Origin: Candidatus Anstonellales archaeon
GTDB taxonomy: Archaea; Micrarchaeota; Micrarchaeia; Anstonellales; J096
Reading direction: 5' to 3'
DNA length: 64,000 nt
Assembly: GCA_038896535.1 (NCBI GenBank)
Contig: JAWACY010000002.1
Span: forward strand, 128,001 to 192,000
Notes under the pieces: generated by a model
What the model was told of the DNA's origin: nothing
Seen by the model: only the letters and a program-made list of their open reading frames with translations
The model's database searches: none
Part shown: positions 59,429 to 64,000 of the stretch, in pieces
How the letters are laid out: each line of letters opens with the position of its first letter
Position numbering within the stretch: position 1 is the first letter of the stretch
Translations under genes and position numbers: made by a program

Positions 59429-61390
59429 TCAATAATTAATATCAAGAGAATTTGCCATTCTCTTTATATGATTATTTTTAGATGCTCTTGCTTTGTTTAT
59501 AATGAAACTTACCCTTGCCAAAATATCATAAAATCTTAATTTCTTCAAATTTTCTCTTGTTGTTTTATGAGTAAATTCAATAAAAATTTCAAACTTTTCT
59601 TTTGAAGCGTTTTCATCTCCGCAATCTTTTTCAATTTCATCCAAGCATTTCATAAGCACATGCTTAACAAGCATTCTTTTTTCCCTGTTATTTATATTTT
59701 CAGGGTCTATACAACTAAAAAATAACTTAAATGCTTTTATGAAATTGTCCCTAATAGCATCATTAGGGAATTTCATATGTGCATATTTCTCCAATGCATA
59801 AATAGAAACATTAAATTTTTCATCTAATAAGATTGGCATTATATATGGGTATGTCATTTCATATCTGGAATCAATAAATGATGACATAATATTAAGAAGG
59901 TTCTTCACAGCTGGCTCATAAGTCTGCTTTTCTAAGTGAAAATCTTCATGCCCAACATTTTTAAACTTCCTTACAATATATCCTAACTGGTGTTTAAAAA
60001 TAAATTTTAACAATTTTTCTCTCTCTTTCAAGCTATGCCAATATGCAAAAAATAAAGTATGCCCAATAAGGTATCTGTATTCATTATATTCTGATGCAAC
60101 AACAAAATGTTTAAGTGCTATTTCCCCTCTTATATTTTTTAACTCCTTTTTTAATATTTTATAAATAACTCTAAACAATGGACGTGCTTCTTGCCAATCT
60201 TGTTTTTCCTCAAAATTTAAACTTTGGCTTGGAATGTTTGATGCATTATTAATGTTATTAATATTATTAACGTTATTAATGTTAAATATATCATAAATAT
60301 GCGGGATAACAAAAACTAGCTTTTCACTTTGATTATTATTCTGATTTGGTTGCACAGCTATTGGCAAGCCATATGGCCCATATTGTTCATCCCAAGCTTG
60401 GCTGCTATTTGGCTTGGATAAGAATTTATTTGCCATGCTTCTTATTTCCTCATCATCAATAATGTCTATATAGAACTGCTTTAAAAATGCCATAAATTCA
60501 TAATTATATAAAATTTTCTTTATTCCAAAATAAGACATCACGGCATGAACATCAAAATATGTTTTTATCTTCTCCTTATGTTTATATATAAATGGTTTGT
60601 AATATGGAAAATTTCCAATGGCTTTAATTTGCACATTCTCATCAATATTTTTTGCTGTTGCAAATGGACTAGCATAAAATGCATTTCTTGCATGATCAAA
60701 AAATGCGAGGGGCATGATTAAGGCATATTTTTCATTATTAAATTCTACATATGTTTTTAATAATGCCATATTTCTCAATTCACATAAAGCTCTGTTGAGC
60801 AGCATTTTTATTATGTGATTTCCTGGAATGTTATTAAGAATTTTTGCTTTTACAAGCAGCGCATCATAACCATTTATATAAGTCAGGTTTAATAAATCAA
60901 GCAAAAATGCTGGATTATATACAATGTCTTTTGCAACAAGGCATGTTAAATTTTGTATATTGACAGCATTATCATTAAATAACATTGCTACATCAATGCC
61001 AGTTTTAGGCTCAATGATAAAATGGCTTGGTTTTAAGTTCTGTTCAAAATTATGGCTCTGGCCAAGGAATGACTTTATCAAAGCAATCTCTGCTTGCCTG
61101 TATTCAAATGCCCTTAAATGCTGCGCACTTCCATCAAATATTGATGAAAGAATGATAGAAAAATACTTAGCCTGCCTTTCCTGGCTTCTATGGAATGATA
61201 AATATGGGTTGTAACATTTGCAATAATCAATAAAATCATTTATTGATAATGATTCAATGCTCAGAAATTTTTCTAGCAAAGGCCTTATTCTCTCATATTT
61301 TTTGTTTTTTATTGCTTCCTTTATTGCACTTGCACAAGCATTCTTATAATCTTTTTTCTCAAGCAATACCTTCCATTCCATTCCCGGCAT
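59429..61390 (-). CDS. Large hypothetical protein
   Basis: 653-aa ORF; Asn-rich insertion; no motif. Confidence 0.7.
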   Translation of the reverse strand: MPGMEWKVLLEKKDYKNACASAIKEAIKNKKYERIRPLLEKFLSIESLSINDFIDYCKCYNPYLSFHRSQERQAKYFSIILSSIFDGSAQHLRAFEYRQAEIALIKSFLGQSHNFEQNLKPSHFIIEPKTGIDVAMLFNDNAVNIQNLTCLVAKDIVYNPAFLLDLLNLTYINGYDALLVKAKILNNIPGNHIIKMLLNRALCELRNMALLKTYVEFNNEKYALIMPLAFFDHARNAFYASPFATAKNIDENVQIKAIGNFPYYKPFIYKHKEKIKTYFDVHAVMSYFGIKKILYNYEFMAFLKQFYIDIIDDEEIRSMANKFLSKPNSSQAWDEQYGPYGLPIAVQPNQNNNQSEKLVFVIPHIYDIFNINNVNNINNINNASNIPSQSLNFEEKQDWQEARPLFRVIYKILKKELKNIRGEIALKHFVVASEYNEYRYLIGHTLFFAYWHSLKEREKLLKFIFKHQLGYIVRKFKNVGHEDFHLEKQTYEPAVKNLLNIMSSFIDSRYEMTYPYIMPILLDEKFNVSIYALEKYAHMKFPNDAIRDNFIKAFKLFFSCIDPENINNREKRMLVKHVLMKCLDEIEKDCGDENASKEKFEIFIEFTHKTTRENLKKLRFYDILARVSFIINKARASKNNHIKRMANSLDINY

Positions 61391-61435
61391 TAATAGAATA
61401 ATAGCAAAAACTTAAAAATTGTTATCTCTTGCTAT

Positions 61436-62326
61436 TTATTTAGAAAATGATTTCTTATAAACTTGAACAAGAGTCTCTACAATTTTTATTGCATTATCAT
61501 CTCCTATTGCATTTCTTGTTTCTTCTGGAATCACGCTTAATGCTTTTTCATACAGCGAGCTAGTGTCTGCTTTCATGCTAAATTGTGAATTTTCGAGCTC
61601 AACATTTTTTATAACTCCGGATTCAGTGCTTGATGATATTTCAACATGTGAACCTGCTTTTTTTGCCTTTAGAACTTCATAAGATCCTTCTTTTTCTACA
61701 ATTTTTATATTATATGCTTCCAAATCAAGAAATACTTCCTCAACATGTTTTAACACCTTTCCAAGGTCTGCATTTTCAATTGTAACATTATAACCAAGTT
61801 CTGCTGATACAATTGCACTTATTACCTCTTTTAATGCTTCCCAGTTAAAATCTTTCTTGAATTCATCTCTTATCTTAAACATTTGCTGTCCCTTATCATC
61901 TTGCCCTTCATACTCAACAGCTATATTTAAAGCAAGCTTGTCTATTGCTTCTTCAATAAGATGGACAAATGCCAGTATTTGGGCGTTTTCATTATTTTTA
62001 TTATCGCCCAGCAATTTCTTTATTTCATCTTTTAGTAAATGCATTTCTTCCTTTATTGATTCATAGTCCATATTTGCTAGCTCACCAGCATATTTTATTG
62101 TTTCCAATATTCTTCTGCTTATTTGTATTGTTGTTTTAGCCCCAGTCTCATCTGTTATTTCAAGCTCAACTTTTTCTTCATCACTCTCAACCAATCTTTC
62201 ATTCAGCTCCTTTAACCTTTCTTCTTGCGCTTCTAATAAACTTTCTATTCTTTTCAGTGTTTTTCTTATATCTGGCTTTCTTATGTTTTGTTCTTGCTGT
62301 TTTTTTTCACCAAACTTCTTTACCAT
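61436..62326 (-). CDS. Acidic hypothetical protein with N-terminal coiled coil
   Basis: 296-aa ORF with SD-like GAGGGGGAG. Confidence 0.7.
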   Translation of the reverse strand: MVKKFGEKKQQEQNIRKPDIRKTLKRIESLLEAQEERLKELNERLVESDEEKVELEITDETGAKTTIQISRRILETIKYAGELANMDYESIKEEMHLLKDEIKKLLGDNKNNENAQILAFVHLIEEAIDKLALNIAVEYEGQDDKGQQMFKIRDEFKKDFNWEALKEVISAIVSAELGYNVTIENADLGKVLKHVEEVFLDLEAYNIKIVEKEGSYEVLKAKKAGSHVEISSSTESGVIKNVELENSQFSMKADTSSLYEKALSVIPEETRNAIGDDNAIKIVETLVQVYKKSFSK

Positions 62327-62364
62327 ACTCCCCCTCTTAATAATTAAGACTAATTTAATTAAAA

Positions 62365-63999
62365 TTAATTCGTTAATATTTCCCCGCTTCCTTTCTTACT
62401 GCTTTCATTCCCTTGTTTTGTTCCGCCTTTTATTCTTCTTATAAATTCTCTTGCTTTTTCTTCTATATCATGCTTAAAATTACTGTTCTCAAGAGAAAAT
62501 TCAGTGAGCCCTAAAACAAGCTTTTTCACTTCTTTATGTGATTTTAAATATCTATCAAGCCCATAACCGCCCATCAATGCACTAGATGTTCTCACATATT
62601 CATGGCCAAATCTTGCAGGATCTGCTAAATTTTCCGTTTTAACAAGCTCTGTTAGCTTTCTCAATATGTTATTATATTCGCCATAAAATTCCTTATACAA
62701 TTCAATTTTTGTCAGCTTGCTGTTGTTCAATAACTCTATGAAATCCCGCTCTCCTTTTATATGATCAGTGCTTTCACTCACAAACAGCATTAAACCATAA
62801 TCTGTATTATCAATAATTATTTGTCCGCCATAAATTAAAATATGTCCTTTTGTCCTTGCCTCTCTTACCAGCTCATTAAATTTGGGCGTATGCTCCATAT
62901 TAAAGGTGCCAGTTCCAAATAATGTCTCTATGTTTTTAATATAAATAAGTAAATTCTCTGCTTCAATAAGCTTTTCTTTTACTTCTGATATGTTTTTTGG
63001 CGTTACAGAAACAATACCATGCAAAAGCTCTGCTCCATCTACTTTTACTCCTATATATGGGTCTTCCCTACTTTTATGTTCTATAACTTTCTTTAATGAT
63101 AAATACTGCATTGATTCTAAAACCTTTGACGATATTAGTTCATCTCCAAAACCCATTACCCTGCCTTTTTTTTCATCCATTGATTTTTGCAAGTAATCTA
63201 TTACATGGGATAATGCTGTGCTTGTTGGCAATGCCCTTGTCAAAACATTATATATCATAACAACTGTATCTTCAACCAACCTTTCTTCATCTATTTCCCC
63301 AGTGCCTTTCCTTAATCTTGCATTAAATAGAGATTCAATAATTGAGAGTGTTAAGCTATCAATGTTTTCTTTCAATGCATCAAAAAATGCCCTTCTCATT
63401 GTTATCAATGCTGGCTCTTCTTCAATTTTATCTTTATTATAGAGTGCTTCAAGCAAGTCAAGCCTTCCAGACACTTCCATGAATCTGCCTAATCTGATGC
63501 TATCTTCATTAGCATTTTTTAATAATTTGTATATTTCTTCATTATTTATATTTATAGGGCTGTCAAATTTATCTCCTACCCTTTTTTGTATAACCATTTC
63601 TTCAAGCATTCTTTTTATATCTGCTCCTGTCACAAATGGAATAGAAGCAAATGTTTGTATTGCTCCTTGCTTATCTTTAAATACTATAGCAGGGTCTTCA
63701 AAACGTTTTATTAGAGTTTCTGCAATCTTTATTCTTGCTTGCATTGAAGGATAAGGCATATGCACTACTCTTAACCTACCAGACCTTGTTAAAGCTTCAT
63801 CAATCATAACAGGCCTGTTAGTTATGCCAACAACTGCTATGCCATTATTGAATGATGCCAATGAACTTGAATCTATCTGCTGCAAAAGCTGGTTTAAAGG
63901 AGCATTGCTCATTAAATCTCTTGAACCGACTGCATCTATTTCATCTATAAATATTATTACAGGAACGCCAGGAACAATTTTATTAATCAGAGAGATAAG
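62365..63999 (-). CDS. AAA+ ATPase (CDC48/FtsH-like module), 5' end outside window
   Basis: Walker B IIFIDEIDAVG (upstream of called start), NQLL, GITNRP..DEALTRSGRL, TGADI; second degenerate AAA-like segment. Confidence 0.88.
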   Translation of the reverse strand, partial: LISLINKIVPGVPVIIFIDEIDAVGSRDLMSNAPLNQLLQQIDSSSLASFNNGIAVVGITNRPVMIDEALTRSGRLRVVHMPYPSMQARIKIAETLIKRFEDPAIVFKDKQGAIQTFASIPFVTGADIKRMLEEMVIQKRVGDKFDSPININNEEIYKLLKNANEDSIRLGRFMEVSGRLDLLEALYNKDKIEEEPALITMRRAFFDALKENIDSLTLSIIESLFNARLRKGTGEIDEERLVEDTVVMIYNVLTRALPTSTALSHVIDYLQKSMDEKKGRVMGFGDELISSKVLESMQYLSLKKVIEHKSREDPYIGVKVDGAELLHGIVSVTPKNISEVKEKLIEAENLLIYIKNIETLFGTGTFNMEHTPKFNELVREARTKGHILIYGGQIIIDNTDYGLMLFVSESTDHIKGERDFIELLNNSKLTKIELYKEFYGEYNNILRKLTELVKTENLADPARFGHEYVRTSSALMGGYGLDRYLKSHKEVKKLVLGLTEFSLENSNFKHDIEEKAREFIRRIKGGTKQGNESSKKGSGEILTN

Positions 64000-64000
64000 G

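Overview
AT-rich, gene-dense archaeal chromosome segment. The gene set (archaeal ribosomal proteins, GatE, aIF5A, NAC, Lsm, GGGP synthase, BHB-type tRNA introns, many orphan ORFs) suggests a DPANN, possibly Micrarchaeota-like, organism; the taxonomy is inference. Core content: glmS, GGGP synthase, a rearranged uL3-to-DUF359 translation supercluster, gatE, smc, gltX, truD, a RecJ-like DHH protein, a stand-alone 5S rRNA, rtcB, archease, a CopA copper cassette, and three tRNAs (Met-CAT with a 79-nt intron, Val-TAC, Trp-CCA with a 15-nt intron). Most notable observations: (1) the aIF1/SUI1 gene has no in-frame ATG and appears to start at ATA behind a strong SD, a candidate start-codon-fidelity autoregulatory loop; (2) the tRNA-Met intron carries a D'/C' box pair whose guide targets C34 of its own precursor by the +5 rule; (3) a diverged RelA/SpoT-type synthetase coupled to an orphan gene beside tRNA-Trp; (4) pervasive short tandem duplications, often spanning stop codons; (5) ankyrin paralogs sharing a 97/99-identical N-terminal block; (6) a GC-rich hairpin in the uL3 operon leader; (7) a CBS-HPF-like protein and a lytic-transglycosylase-like protein. 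No CRISPR array, transposase or integrase was seen. All calls come from reading motifs by eye; no database searches were run.
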